Below are positions 1 to 12,389 of a DNA stretch of 64,000 nucleotides, one piece after another (within the stretch, counting starts at the first letter, position 1; each line of letters starts with the position of its first letter). The notes under the pieces are model-generated. The model worked only from the letters and a program-made list of their open reading frames with translations. It had not been told where the DNA came from and did no database searches. Location of the stretch: the NCBI GenBank assembly GCA_053919585.1, contig CM132793.1. One strand, given 5' to 3'. The position numbers and the translations under genes are program-made. This DNA comes from Euprymna scolopes. Its lineage: Eukaryota.

Positions 1-132
1 TTATTTACAAGTTGCTGTACAAAAGTCATGTGGGTTAAATTCCAAGCAAAACATCTTAGATTCTCATTTCGACGCTTCCTGTTTATTAGGCATACTTCTC
101 TAAAACGGCTTCACACTAGTTTAATATTTCAA

Positions 133-142
133 TATATATATA

Positions 143-205
<63 letters not shown>
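133..205. repeat. (TA)n/(TG)n microsatellite
   Basis: Direct dinucleotide run. Similar runs occur at about 335-381, 4858-4887, 6826-6872, 43489-43543, 44503-44530 and 45540-45595. Confidence 0.95.
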
Positions 206-318
206 TCTAATTTTTTTTAATATTAAATCCAAGATTTTTCATCCAGGATTTCAATTATTTCTTACTGATTGTTTCCTGCCATTTTCTTGCAAATTTTTTT
301 TATTACAGGAAAAAATGA
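196..318 (+). repeat. Dispersed ~125-bp repeat, copy 1 (copy 2 at ~3451-3575)
   Basis: Both copies share AAGATTTTT..AGGATTTCAATTATTT..TTTCCTGCCATTTTCTTGCA..TTTTTTTATTACAGGAAAAAA. Confidence 0.7.
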
Positions 319-339
319 CTAGTTTAACATTTTAATATA

Positions 340-382
<43 letters not shown>

Positions 383-384
<2 letters not shown>

Positions 385-1258
385 AGCATGGGTGCCCGGC
401 GTTGCCCGGGTGTTTGGAGGTGTGTGTTGAGCCAAAAAAAGTGGTAGTAGGAAGGAAGACTTGGACCTGTACCACGAAGGAGGAAAAGAATGTGGGAAAA
501 AAAACAAAAAAAAAACGTGACATCTTTGTTGTTACGACCACCATCAAACCGGAAGTGACGAAGGTTTAAATTAAGGCTAGACAATCGAAAAGAGGGGATG
601 ACTTTCTAAAATATCGGCGACAAAAGCGACCCCTCCCTATAGAAAAGTGCCCAGTTAAGGGTGAAGAAATTAATGTTTTTAGCCAATTTTTCGATATTTG
701 TCGTCTGAAGGGTCGAGCTTCAAAACGATACTGATCTTGTGAAAGTCTGTCGCCTCTATCTAAAGTTTTAGGCAGACATGCAAAATACATACATAGCTTT
801 ATATATTTGTAGGTCAAATTTTCGACACAAACCGATTAAAAAGCTTGCCCTATCTCTGAATACCCTTTATGTAAAATTTCAAATGTTTAGACCAGAAACT
901 GTCTTTAGTAATTTGATAGAAACCGCAGTTTTAACTTTGACCCCTATTATGGCCCTTAACATTTGTCTGAGCTCAAATCAAGTTATTAAGTTAGATCCAT
1001 GTCCAAGGAACCTATATCTAAAATTTCAAGTGTTTAGACCCCAAATTGGTGGAGGAGTTTGGTAGAGTTCTCAAAGGTCAAATCGTTGAACTTTGACCCC
1101 CCTTAATATGCAAATTTCTGTCCGAAAACTGATTACAAAGATTTTCCCAAATCTCACTACTCGGTATATCAAATTTTGAGTCTGTAGACTAAAAGTTGAC
1201 AGAGTTATTGTGTAGGGAAATGTACACAGACAGACACTTTCACTTATATATATTATAT
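383..1258 (-). mobile_element. Non-autonomous Helitron-like element
   Basis: Minus-strand 3' end has a GC hairpin (CCCGGGCAACGCCGGG) followed by CTGG|T. The 5' end reads TATATAAGTGAAAGTGTCTGTCTGTG. Both termini recur in at least 6 other elements here. Internal AAATTTCAA.TGTTTAGACC subrepeats. Confidence 0.65.
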
Positions 1259-1261
1259 ATA

Positions 1262-1545
1262 CACACAGCACAATCGCGTTAACACTGTTTCTCGCCAGAT
1301 CACTAAAGTTAAGCAATGTTGAAGCCTGGCCAGTACTAGAGGGATGACTATTTGGGAAGGCTAGGTACTGTATGTACCATACCGAGTCGTAGAAATTTCA
1401 GGTTTGTATCTGGGGGTGCATTAATTCACTGAGAGAGATGCACCCCCAATCTTAGTTAAGACATAGATTTAGAAGAAGGTTACTCTGATGTAAAACACTG
1501 GTCTACTCTATACTCTATCCTGTGGCAGTCATCTGCACCGACAAA
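1262..1545 (+). mobile_element. 5S rRNA-derived SINE (SINE3-like), family A copy 1
   Basis: 1262-1375 resembles 5S rRNA (TTCTCGCCAGATCACTAAAGTTAAGCAATG...CCAGTACT..GGATGAC..TTTGGGAA..AGGTACTGTA). It is followed by a non-5S body shared with 10948-11145. The 3' limit is uncertain. Confidence 0.75.
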
Positions 1546-1981
1546 GGTTAGCAGTAATACCAAAAAGTGTGGTTAGTTCTACACAAAGCCTTCATCACTA
1601 TAAACAAATCATCCGTGTGGATTTTCGAGCAACTTATTTGTTGTGGCAGAAGCTCATGCATTGAAATCGACAGGAGAGCCAATTACACACACACACATAT
1701 ATAACTAGATCCAGTATCAAAAATATTTTTGTTCATGTGTTTTGAGGGAGATGGTGTTTGATCAACACTGTTGGGGAGCCATGATTTAATATACTGTTTT
1801 GTTTTAAATCCCCCCAAACACGGTAAACAACTGATGATCCCTTTAAAAACACTGGTACTATTAGTTTTTTTATGTAAATAAAATTATTAAGCGATGCAGG
1901 AAATTAATTGACTTACTGACAAAATAATTTTCCAATGAGACATTTTTTACTTTTAAAGAAATTTCCAAGACATATATGTGA

Positions 1982-3260
1982 TTTTTTTCATTTTTACAAA
2001 GAAATCACTACTTATCAAGGCCCTGAAGCCACTCGGGGATAAGGATTATTGCGTGAACAGTAATCAATGGGATAGTATCGTAGTAATCGCTATTATTGGA
2101 GATTTGATAAAGTGTCTTAAGGGGGGCGGTTCATCAGGAATTTGTGTATGTTGGACTTGAAGATATCCAAGTTGTAGGCAGGTGGAAACAGGCAAACGGA
2201 AGAGAGCTCCACAGGCGTGCAGTTCTCAGAAAGAAGCTTTGTTCATGGAATCTAAGTTTTGATTTTGGCACACATAAGGAGTGGGGAAAATTATTGACAG
2301 TGGTTTCAGCTAGATGGGTGTTTATCGCGAAAGATTGGCAGGGGAGGACCAGAGATTGGAGCTCAGACGAGCACTTGCCATGAAAGTAACGATAAAACAA
2401 AGACAGGCTCGCAACATCTCTTCTGTGGGAGAGAGTTTGCAGGGTAGAGAAAAGGGCATCCCCCACTAAGCCACGGTCTATTTTGTACTCTGTCAAGGCA
2501 GGATAGGCTGTTTTTAGCAGCTCCTGTCCAGATGTGGCAGCAGTACTCCATCCTTGGACGTACTTGGCTTTTATACAGATAGAGAATTGCATCAGCAGTG
2601 AAATATCTTTTGGAGTGGTAGAAGGATCCTACCATTTTTCCAGCGACCTTGGCAACAGACTTGATGTATGTATTCCATTTCAGGTCAGGAGTAAAAGGTC
2701 CATCCTAGAAGCTTGTCAAAACATGGAGCCTCCCCAAGACGAGAGCCATCCATTTCAATTGATGCCAGATGGGGATCAGAGCCTTGATGTAAAGATAGGA
2801 GCTTGGTTTTTGATGCATTAAAAGTAACTAGCCACCTCTTCCCTCACTGTACCATGCGCTGAAGATCAGAGGAGAGAGAATCAGAGAAAATTAATTTATG
2901 ACCTTGGATGTGTTGCCATAGATGGTCATGTCATCAGCATAGATGTGAACGAATGATTTAAGTATGTGTTTTGGAAGATCATTGATGTAGATCAGGAAGA
3001 GAGTTGGGCCCAGAATGGACCCCTGAGGGATTCCAGCATTAATACTCTGGCCATCAACCACTACTCTTATCAGCCTATCAGAGAGCAATGATTTAATAAT
3101 TGAGAATACATTTCCAGTTACACCATAGCTGGAAATCTTGTGAAGTAGGCCTTTATGCCATACCTTATCGAACGCCTTTGATATGTCAAGAGCAATTGCT
3201 CTAGAAAGGAAGCCTTTGTCGAAAAATTCACTAATCCTATGAGATATAACCGTTAGCATA
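1982..3260 (-). mobile_element. CR1/L2-group LINE, subfamily A, decayed 3' portion
   Basis: RT motifs LDISKAFDKVWH, GIPQGSILGP, YADD and C-terminal YKSQVRPRMEYCCHIW in broken frames. 3' UTR and A-rich tail at ~1982-2120. Confidence 0.9.
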
Positions 3261-3450
3261 TATATCTCCATCCACACACAAATGACAAAAGTCTACATTC
3301 CAAATTTCAAGATGTTGACCATCTTTAAGTACATTGAGATGCACAAGTTTTGACAGCCCTTTTTCATTCAATAAAGAAATATGGGCATGAAGAGAAGTTG
3401 CAATTATTTTTCAATTTATTCCGCCATGTTTGAATTTTAATGTAGAGTCG

Positions 3451-3575
3451 TGTGTGTGTGTGTCCTAATTCTTTAAAATTTTTAATCCTCAAAGATTTTT
3501 CAAGGATTTCAATTATTTTTGACAGAATTTTTCCTGCCATTTTCTTGCAGATTTTTTTTATTACAGGAAAAAACA
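3451..3575 (+). repeat. Dispersed ~125-bp repeat, copy 2
   Basis: Matches 196-318. Confidence 0.7.
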
Positions 3576-4856
3576 GTGATATTTTTTTTGTTACAAGATA
3601 AACAAATTTTTCTTGCCCGAATGTATTTTTCTTCTACAAATTTTCATTTCAGAATATGGAAAGGTTTTTTTCCACTTCACTTTTCAGATTAACAGAGTCA
3701 TTATGAGTTTAAAAGTTGAAACGAATTTACAATATTATTGCATTTTTATATTCGGAATAATGTCTTCAGTCAACTTAGCTTTTGTAAACAAGTTTTTAGG
3801 TTTTTTAGTTCTCTCCCACTGCAAGAACTCAGACACAAAGGTCGGAAAGTGAGATTCAGAAGTCAGCGCTCCAGAGGAGGGGCACTCTGACCTGCAAAAA
3901 AATTAAAAATTTTTTTTTTTTTAAAGTCTGGACCTCCCCGTCGGCATTCCCCGATAAGGGCGCCCCAAGCGACTAGCCTGAAAATAGCCCCCTCTCAAAA
4001 AGAAGGCAAAGCTTGGGAGGGTAGACCTCCTAGAACTGTACAGAACTAAAGTCCCATTGCAAAATCAACAAGAATCGGGTCATTAAAGGAATTCTATTTT
4101 GATTTTGGGACCGAGGATAAAAATCTATAGCCGAGTTGTACACACAAGGTTTTAGCGATTGGGAAAATTTGCCAAGCATTAAAAACAAATTGTGACTGAT
4201 GATATTTAGGCAGTTTGCTAAAAATATTTGGAGGTTCGTATCTACTTAATTACATTTTAATGGGTTTTTAATGTGTTTTTTATTCCATGAAACAACGTAA
4301 ACTATGAAAGAAATAAAAATAAAGTTTATTCTGACAAAAGTTTAAAATCAAAAGACAAACTTAAAACATTAAAAGAAACAAAATCGGTCAACTCAACATT
4401 TTGAAGCTGGAGGGAGTATAAAGTCGACTTTGGGTTCACTTTCAGCAGCATTGTAACCGCCTTTTATTTTGTCACATTCCAGTGATGTTTCTGACAAAGG
4501 AGGAATAATTTTTGTTTCCTGGTTTGAAATCTATCCATCTAACATTTGTTGGCTAAATTTTGACCTTTACGTTAAGTGACTTCATGCCTTGTCTGGAGTA
4601 ATTTAAAAAAATAAAATAAAATAAAACTCAAGTTAAAATAGAAAGGTATCGCACTCTAATTTATCGATATATTTGCTAATTTTGATTGGCATTTGAACAT
4701 GGTACAAAGATACAAAAAATTAGGAATATAACAAACGATGACATGCAACGGTAGGAGATAAAATGGGAAGGAGAAAATCTTAAACTCAACTGTTATCATA
4801 AAATCCAAAAAGTGAATAAGTCTGAAGAAAATATACTCCACAAGTATATACAAGTG

Positions 4857-4887
<31 letters not shown>

Positions 4888-4890
<3 letters not shown>

Positions 4891-5816
4891 CATGCCTTAA
4901 ATAAGTTTCCAGACTTTTTTGTACAGGCATTTAAAATTGTCATAAACTCTTAAAATCTCAGTATGTAATTACTACACATCTTATAAGAAAACTGACCAAT
5001 GTTTTATGATTTCAGGTTCAAATGAACAGCTACAGTAGGAACTGGAATACACCCTACTAAAGTCAAGTTGTCACAGGTGGTGAATTTCAAAAATGCAATC
5101 TGGACGTGAGGACACTTTAGAAGAACGATGTATAATTCTGTTTTAAACTTAGTAAAAATACCACAGAACGTATGGGAATGCTTCAGACTGCTTTTGGACC
5201 ATCTTGCATGTATCGAGCATCAGTTTTCAAATGGCATAAGAGATTCAAGGAAGACAGGGAATCTGTGAAGGATGATGGGAGATGTGAGAGGAGTAAGGAA
5301 GTAAGAACACCAGAGTTGATTGATCAAATAAAGAATTTCATGAATAAGGACCACCGTGTGTCTAGGGAAAGAATAAGTGCACAGTTTGATGTCAGTGTGG
5401 GAACTGTACACACAATTATTCAAAAGGAACTGAAGATGCGGAAGATTTGCACAAAGTTTGTTTCAAGTGTGCTCCATCGTTGTCACAGATTATTTGATCA
5501 AGATGGGTATCAAGACAGTTCCTCACCCTCCCTATAATCCAGACCTTGCTCCCTGTGACTTTTGGTTATACCTAAGCTCAAGGGAAACCTTAGACGGTGT
5601 CATTATGAGACAATTGAGATTAAAGAGGCTGTGATGAGGGACATTAACATGCTCACACAAAAGGATTTCTATGGGACTTCCAGAAGTTATTGGAAGGACA
5701 CAACAAAGGCGCCGCAACCGAAGGAGATTACTTGAAGGGGACTAGAGTTTCATGCGTGTACTTTCAAGAAAAGTGCCCATATGAAAAAAGTCAAGAAACT
5801 TATTGAAGGCACCTCG
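4888..5816 (+). mobile_element. Mariner DNA transposon, internally deleted and defective
   Basis: Inverted termini TGCCTTAAATAAGTTTCCAGACTTTTTT / AAAAAAGTCAAGAAACTTATTGAAGGCACCTCG in a TA context. HTH-region ORF 5172-5537 (VFKWHKRFKEDRESVKDD) and PHPPYNPDLAPCDFWL (YSPDLAP motif) at ~5521-5570. Confidence 0.9.
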
Positions 5817-6823
5817 TTTATATATATTTATTGGCTACTTTATTATGTATAATTAATGGTATTTACATTGTATTAAATTCTGTACCAGGTCTGCTTAGTA
5901 AGTGGTCGTCATCATGAGTGGACAAAACGTTGAGAACAACACACGTCAGTTGGAGCCGCTATAAACAGATAGTGATGAAATATTTGCAAAGCTTTTTTCT
6001 GTTCATAATTTTATTTGAAAATTTACTGTTTCTATAATTTGCTCCAATGTTATGTGGAAAAGAAGACAAAAAGAAAGAAAAAACGATTAAAATAATTTTT
6101 AATGAACGTCGCTTTAGATAAGACACGAAGCCAATTTATATAAGAAGCTAAAAAAAATGAAACAATTTGCATAACAACTAGTGTCAGGAGAAATAATCAA
6201 AAATTGAAAGTAGTATGAAAAGAAATTTAAGCTCAATTTCTGATTCCAAAAATTAAATTTTTTAAAAATATTCTATTGCTGATGTTACTGAAAAAATGAT
6301 TAGCATTTAATGATTTTTAACTACGCATAAATCTATAATTTATGGATCGCTAGCAGACTGCACGGCGTTGCCCGTTCATAAAATATGCTTAAATATGATA
6401 TTCTAATTTATGCAGTTTACATATTTTTTCTTATAAAGCCAATTCTCTATTATTATATTGTACCCAATATATAATAGTGATTTCAAAAGTTATTTTAAAA
6501 AGAAGAGTACTATTACTTTGGTGCTATCAGCTAGAATCAAAATCCAAACATTTAGCTCCAGCATTATTTGCAACCATTTGAGCCAAGACGATATGTATAT
6601 CAAAACTTTACAAATTAATCGACTTTAACACATGTATCTTTGCTCATGTGTGAAGGGTACACATTAAAGTTACTTACGCATACCACTTTATCCCTTAGCA
6701 GCTATTTTTGCCGGCTAAAAATTAAATCGAATTTACTCCAGTTCCAAACCTCTATATATCAAATTGTAGACCAAAAATTGACAGTAGTTTGGTAGTGATT
6801 GATCTGAACACATACACACAAAG

Positions 6824-6873
<50 letters not shown>

Positions 6874-7389
6874 AATTTAGGTAAAAATACCACCAAAAGA
6901 GATGACCCGGTAAAAATAATATAGGTTAAAATGACACAAATGAATAGGAAAAATGGCACAGTAGATAAATGAAAACAAAAAAGGCACAAGTGAAAATATA
7001 CATGAAAATCTCACAATGAGTAACAAAATCTTGGATAAAATACTTAAAGGGAAAATAAATTTTTCAAACTAAACAAAAAATATATATTTATAAATAGACG
7101 AGGACTCTCCCCTTACCTAAATAAAATTCTATAATTTTAGATGATTTTATAATCGGAATCGGTAATTTCGAACATAAACGGTAAGTATATCAGAATCCGG
7201 CAAAATATTAGAATCGTATCATCACTAACAATAACCCAAATGTTGGGGGATATTAAATCACTTCAAAATAGGTTAGTCTTTAAATCATTTGAAGATAAAA
7301 TAATAAAACCTAAAGCAGGGGCATTAATGGACCAAATTATCCGCATCAAAAATACCTGAAATGACACACATGCATGTATGACATGACAT

Positions 7390-7785
7390 TTTAGAATCGC
7401 CTGATGTTTAGTGAAGGATTATGGAGAAGTCTCTCAAGGAGCTATGAGTTTGGTCTCCTGTAATATCAGTAAGGAATGTGCCAACCAGAAAAGTATTAAG
7501 ATCTTTCCCTCCACTGAAAAGTAGCACCCATCTTAGCCAGGTTTAACCGGCTTCTTCTAAAGGAGGAAGTTTTATTGGAGTATGAAATTCACAAGTGACT
7601 CCCCAGTCAAAGGTAGATCATGAGGTTAGGCTTTTGCAACTCTTGCAGGGAGGTGTTGACATTTTCCTATATACAGGGCCTGGTATTCTCAAATGGTCAC
7701 CCATGTGGTATTGACCAGGTTCAACATTTCTTAACGTTGGTGATCTACCTAAAATTGTTGTGTCAACCTTATTATGCTGTGCGTG
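7390..7785 (-). mobile_element. 5S rRNA-derived SINE-like element, family B (different body)
   Basis: Reverse complement of 7670-7785 resembles 5S rRNA (AGATCACCAACGTTAAG..CCTGGTCAATACC..ATGGGTGACCATTTGAGAATACCAGG..CTGTA). The downstream body differs from family A, and its extent is uncertain. Confidence 0.6.
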
Positions 7786-7788
7786 TTA

Positions 7789-7820
<32 letters not shown>

Positions 7821-9466
7821 TTTACTGTTTAGTTTTAACGGTTAGTAATTGACTTTTAAAAGAGTATCTGAAGTGATCAGATGTGTTGCTTAACTGAAAC
7901 ATTATCAAACAAAAGAGATCTTACCACCAGTGTTCAATTTTCTGAACTCCTTCAAGATCCCTAAAAGAAGAGGTTACAAGGCTGGCAGACAAACGTCTAC
8001 CTTACTCCCCACCCCTCAAAATATTTTTGTAACGTTATAGTTACATGTTAACATGGACACACCTTGTTGCATGCAAAGACAGTCACAAAGGAACAGAAAA
8101 TAAATTCAACTCAGATTTTCAGTTGAAAGAAAAGGTAATTATTCATGGTACTTTCCAAATTAACGCATTGCATCTTGTTTTAAAAGTGTCTTAGTTCGCC
8201 ATGTAGTTAACAAAATTATTCTGTGTCAACACATGTTTAAAAGTCTCTCACACTACCACGGGCCACACGTCCATCTCACATCGGCATGCCTCACCAATAC
8301 TCTCTCCATTTGGTGCTTTTTTCTCTCCTTGCTTTTTACTTCCTTCTCTTCCTTGCCATGACGTCACATTGCACACCGGCTTAGTCATTTGCATACATGT
8401 TACACAACTGCTGCTTACATGCATCATCAGCTCCATTAAATTTTGAGATGTGTTCCATAAAGCAAGAAAATTTGTCGATTAAATAAAACCGGTTTAGTTT
8501 CAGATTTGTGCTCATTTAATTTTGTGTAAATGGAAAATAATCTTTCTAAGAGTATTTGATTCATACATTTTGCAAACGGTAGACAATATAACGAGACATT
8601 CACAGATTTGTTTATATCATGGTAAATGTAAGTTACACACCGTATGTACATATATATATAATTATAAAGGCCATTAAGAGTTTTTCTAGATTCTTCGAGA
8701 TGAATCAAATTCAATACATTGGAAATTTGTCTATGATATTAAGATTTGAGCCTATTTAGACAGCATGTTTTCATCCAAGCAAATTTTATTAAATAACAAA
8801 TTTTTTGTTTGATGAGACCTATTTTTGAGTTTTCCGATAGTTCATTTATTATTTTGGTCAAATCGATAGAAGTTCCATGGATTTCTCATTTCATTTTCTT
8901 GTTCCTTTTCTTTTGCAATTTCGATTTAACAGATTTGGTGTGTTTACAACTGTCTTTTACAGTTTAGTTTTCATAGTGAGTTACAATTAAAAAAAAAGAG
9001 CAGCTGTAGTGATGAAATCTGATTACGTTCAATGTTCCAAAATATGTTGTTCAACTAAGATTTTTTTTAATGTTAATTTATATGAAAGGCACTTTAAAAT
9101 TTCATAACTAGTTTCATATTTAGTTTTGATGGAAATGGCTTCAATAATGTTTGATGTTTTGGTGTTGCTTTCTGAGTGTATTGTTTTTGCATTATTAACT
9201 AAAATGTGTCGATTGAGAAGAGGAAGCAGTCATGTTTTTTTTAGGTGTTTGCAAAGTGAGTTTGTGTCAAAGAGATGCAGAGTAAGCCCATGACAAAGTG
9301 TTGTAGTATGATATTCTGAGTTGAAGATTATTTTTAGTTTTAGACAAAATGTAAAGATTTAGAAGTTTCGTTTTTAACATTCAAAACAAGCAAAAGTGTT
9401 TTCTAAAGGGGGGAAAACATAATTTTGTGGACAGTTAATGAACAAAGAAATTATTGATCGACTTAC

Positions 9467-9613
9467 AAAATTGTTTATGAGATCCGGATGAGTGTGATCA
9501 ATTCCATCATCCAAGATGCAAACAATCAATCCAGCTCCAGTGAAATTATTCCTCCATGCAGGTTCCACATTCAGATCCAAACCCACTTTACCCCCAGTTT
9601 GGCCAACATTATT
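9467..9613 (-). CDS. Internal coding exon of a subtilisin/kexin-type proprotein convertase (peptidase S8B; PC2/furin-like), start of the catalytic domain
   Basis: 147 nt, phase 0-0: NNVGQTGGKVGLDLNVEPAWRNNFTGAGLIVCILDDGIDHTHPDLINNF, including the catalytic Asp motif ILDDG and HPDL. Poly-T + CAG acceptor at 9614 and above; GTAAGT donor at 9461-9466. Confidence 0.93.
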
Positions 9614-10947
9614 CTGAAAAAAAAAAAAAAAAAAAAAAAAAAAGAAAAAGAAAAAAGTATGTTGTATAACTGTATGTATATAATGTCAGGTTAATATTTC
9701 TCAGAGATAAAACGATTGATCAATCTCAGTCTTTAGTATATCACAACAATTTTAATAAAGGCCCAATTATAAATTACGATGCCCTGAAAGATTCTGTATC
9801 CAACCTACGGCTCTTGAAACAGAATCCAAACACCATTATCTCCATTAAGTTCACGGCCAAAAAGGCAACAACTAAAAAACTATTTTATGCTTATAAATTT
9901 CCTAACCCTAAGAAAATGTGTTTTTAATGGAAACCTATGTCATTCGTACTATATATGTCTGGTTAGAATTGCTAAGTTTAAAAAAGGGACATCCCATTTC
10001 TTCCTAATTTGAAATCTCAAAAGCGAATATTGGAATGGTTTCGTATTATAGTAAATTTATTTGAAAAAATCTCGCACAAAAATACCATTGAATCACAAGA
10101 ATTTCCATCATCAGTACCATATTACTTTTAGACAGTCGTTACCATATCGCAGAAAATTTAAATTAAGGTCGGCTCCTTGCATTTGTCTCGCTTTTTCTAA
10201 ACCCTAATAAAATAAAACATCTTGCTATCGAAGATGAGGCTTCTGACAGTTAACATTTTGCAAACGTAATTTCACTTCCTAGTTGGTAGACATGTTAAAC
10301 TTAAAACCGATCAAACGAACATTAGTTTCATATTCGACACTAATAGGACATCTAAGATAAAAACGATAAAGATGTGGATGTCGCATCGAAGTGTAGCATT
10401 ACTTATCATCCAGGAACTCAAAATCCTGTCACTCATAAATCCTTCTGTATGACTTCCATATCACTCGTACATGGTAAAATCTTTATAATTGACATTTCCG
10501 AGTACGCACCCCCTTTCATTCTATTAGAGCAAGAAGTCTTCTATTCTCAGACACAAAGAGTGCAGCAATTCCTGTAGTACAATAGTAATAAAAGTAGTAG
10601 TATAGTTTCAGCTTTAGCCAAATCTTCATTATTAATAGATGTAGCACATTATTAATCTTAAGTTTTCATAATGCAGTATGATCATATGGAAGACTGAAGA
10701 GAATAGAGGTTTCGAATTAATGTTGAAGATCAAGTTTTAAATACACACAAAAATAAAAAAAAAAAAATAAATAAAAAATCAGAATACATAACAGCAATAC
10801 TATGGAAAACAAAGTACAGCTAAATTAATTTATATGAAATCGAAATTATGACCAGTGACAAATAGACACTTATAAAAACTATACTGCCGTTTCAACGACT
10901 ATAAATTTTAAAGAACCTCTACTATAATCTATATGTGATATATATTT

Positions 10948-11145
10948 GGCATAATCACGTTGACACACCTGTTCTCGCCAGATCACCAAAGTGAAACAAC
11001 GATGAGCCTGGCCAGTGCCAGATGGGTGACCATTTGAGAAGGCTAGGTGCTGTATGCACTGCTCAGAGTTGTAGAAATTTCCACGCTGGTATCTGGGGGT
11101 GCGTTTGACTCCCGGAGGGAGATGCATCCCTGAATCAAGATGGAA
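10948..11145 (+). mobile_element. 5S rRNA-derived SINE, family A copy 2 (3' truncated)
   Basis: Clear 5S-like head (CACGTTGACACACCTGTTCTCGCCAGATCACCAAAGTG..GATGGGTGACC..AGGTGCTGTA) plus the body GTAGAAATTT..GTATCTGGGGGTGC..GAGATGCA shared with the 1262 copy. Confidence 0.8.
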
Positions 11146-11933
11146 ACTACCGTCTTTACTTGTCTTCTCACGATTGCAATGGCTCTACAATGGCTCTACA
11201 ATTTGGAGAGCAATGATCGCCAACACCGTTAAAAACAGCAAGGCTGCTGCATGCATATATGATAACAAATATTCATTTATAGTAACCGACAAAGTTCCCC
11301 ATTTGCCTTTTCCAGTAAAAATATGATCAACAAAACCGTCATCCACTGCCTAAATCATTTTCAATCTTCGGTGTGCCAGAAATGATACACTGATCAACAG
11401 AGAGAAAACCAGAAGTTACACTTATTCATAAATAAAACAAATTATTTACATTACCCGTCCTAGGGAAGGTAAAATTATTTTATATATGTACTGCAAATTA
11501 CACCTCCTAGGAAGGTACAATTATTTAATATGTGTTGTCTAATATTCGTCATAGCATAGGTAAATCTTTTGCTCGGGATAGCAAATGATGTATAGTCATA
11601 AAAAATTCCTCAATATTTTAAGAATACCATGCAAAAACAACTTCATTTTTTTTCCTTTGCTTTATACAGTTTTGAGTAGCAACACCGGGTAACCCTGCTA
11701 GATCATAACAAACTATAGAAAAGCTGAATGCCACCTGATGAAAAACTGTTAAAGTAATTTTACGCTCTGGTAACATACCACTTCCTCTTTGGTTCGCCTG
11801 ATGCGCTCAACTTCAGCATGGGTCTACATATCTACTAACCCCCACCCACGACAGAATATTCAAACATAGCCGGAAATACACTTCTTGGGCAAATACAGGA
11901 ACTGTATATTTGAATGAAACTGAGATTTTAAAA

Positions 11934-12342
11934 TCTAATATATAAAAGGCTATATACCTGTCTGTCTCCATATTTTCAAACTTAAGTTAAAAGTTGCAGA
12001 GTGGTGCTAGGGGCCTCAAATGATTGGCTTTATTATGGACCATTACTTTATGGGTCTTAAGCTGCGTAAATAGTTTTTAAGGAAAAAAAATGGGTCAAAA
12101 TTGAAAAATATATTTATACATTTTGTACGTTAATCATTTTAATCAATTCATATGCGTGTCACGTTGGTACAGTGGTAACGTCACCAGCTTGGAATTCTAC
12201 AGTTTTGTTTTCAGTTTCGATTCTAGTTGATGGCATCCAAATACTTTTTTTTTTGCTTTTGAAATCACGACTATTATAATACATACGAAATTTGGACAAA
12301 TTAATAAATATTTAAGCGTATTTTACGACCGGGCAAAACTAG
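11934..12342 (+). mobile_element. Non-autonomous Helitron with internal tRNA-like module
   Basis: A|TCTAATATATAAAAG 5' end and ..CCGGGCAAAACTAG|T 3' end (AT target). tRNA-like A/B boxes at ~12155-12237. Confidence 0.7.
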
Positions 12343-12389
12343 TAATTAACTTCTTGCTAACTCATGACTTCAACTGTAATCTTCACCTT

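Noticed and set aside
7925-7970. 36-nt micro-exon with good AG/GT sites on the minus strand
   Set aside because: The phase-0 frame needed after the convertase exon hits TGA immediately, and there is no convertase similarity.
9374-9586. ORF-track boundaries for the convertase fragment
   Set aside because: The ORF starts at an internal GTG and reads through the donor into intron. Splice-defined limits 9467-9613 are used instead.
1262-11060. Functional 5S rRNA genes
   Set aside because: The copies are heavily diverged from each other and from 5S, lack a T-run terminator at the 5S end, and continue into SINE-like bodies.
11779-11823. Possible pro-domain exon THAEVERIRRTKEEV
   Set aside because: Weak acceptor and no RxKR maturation site. 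It resembles Penelope RT C-terminal remnants just as well.
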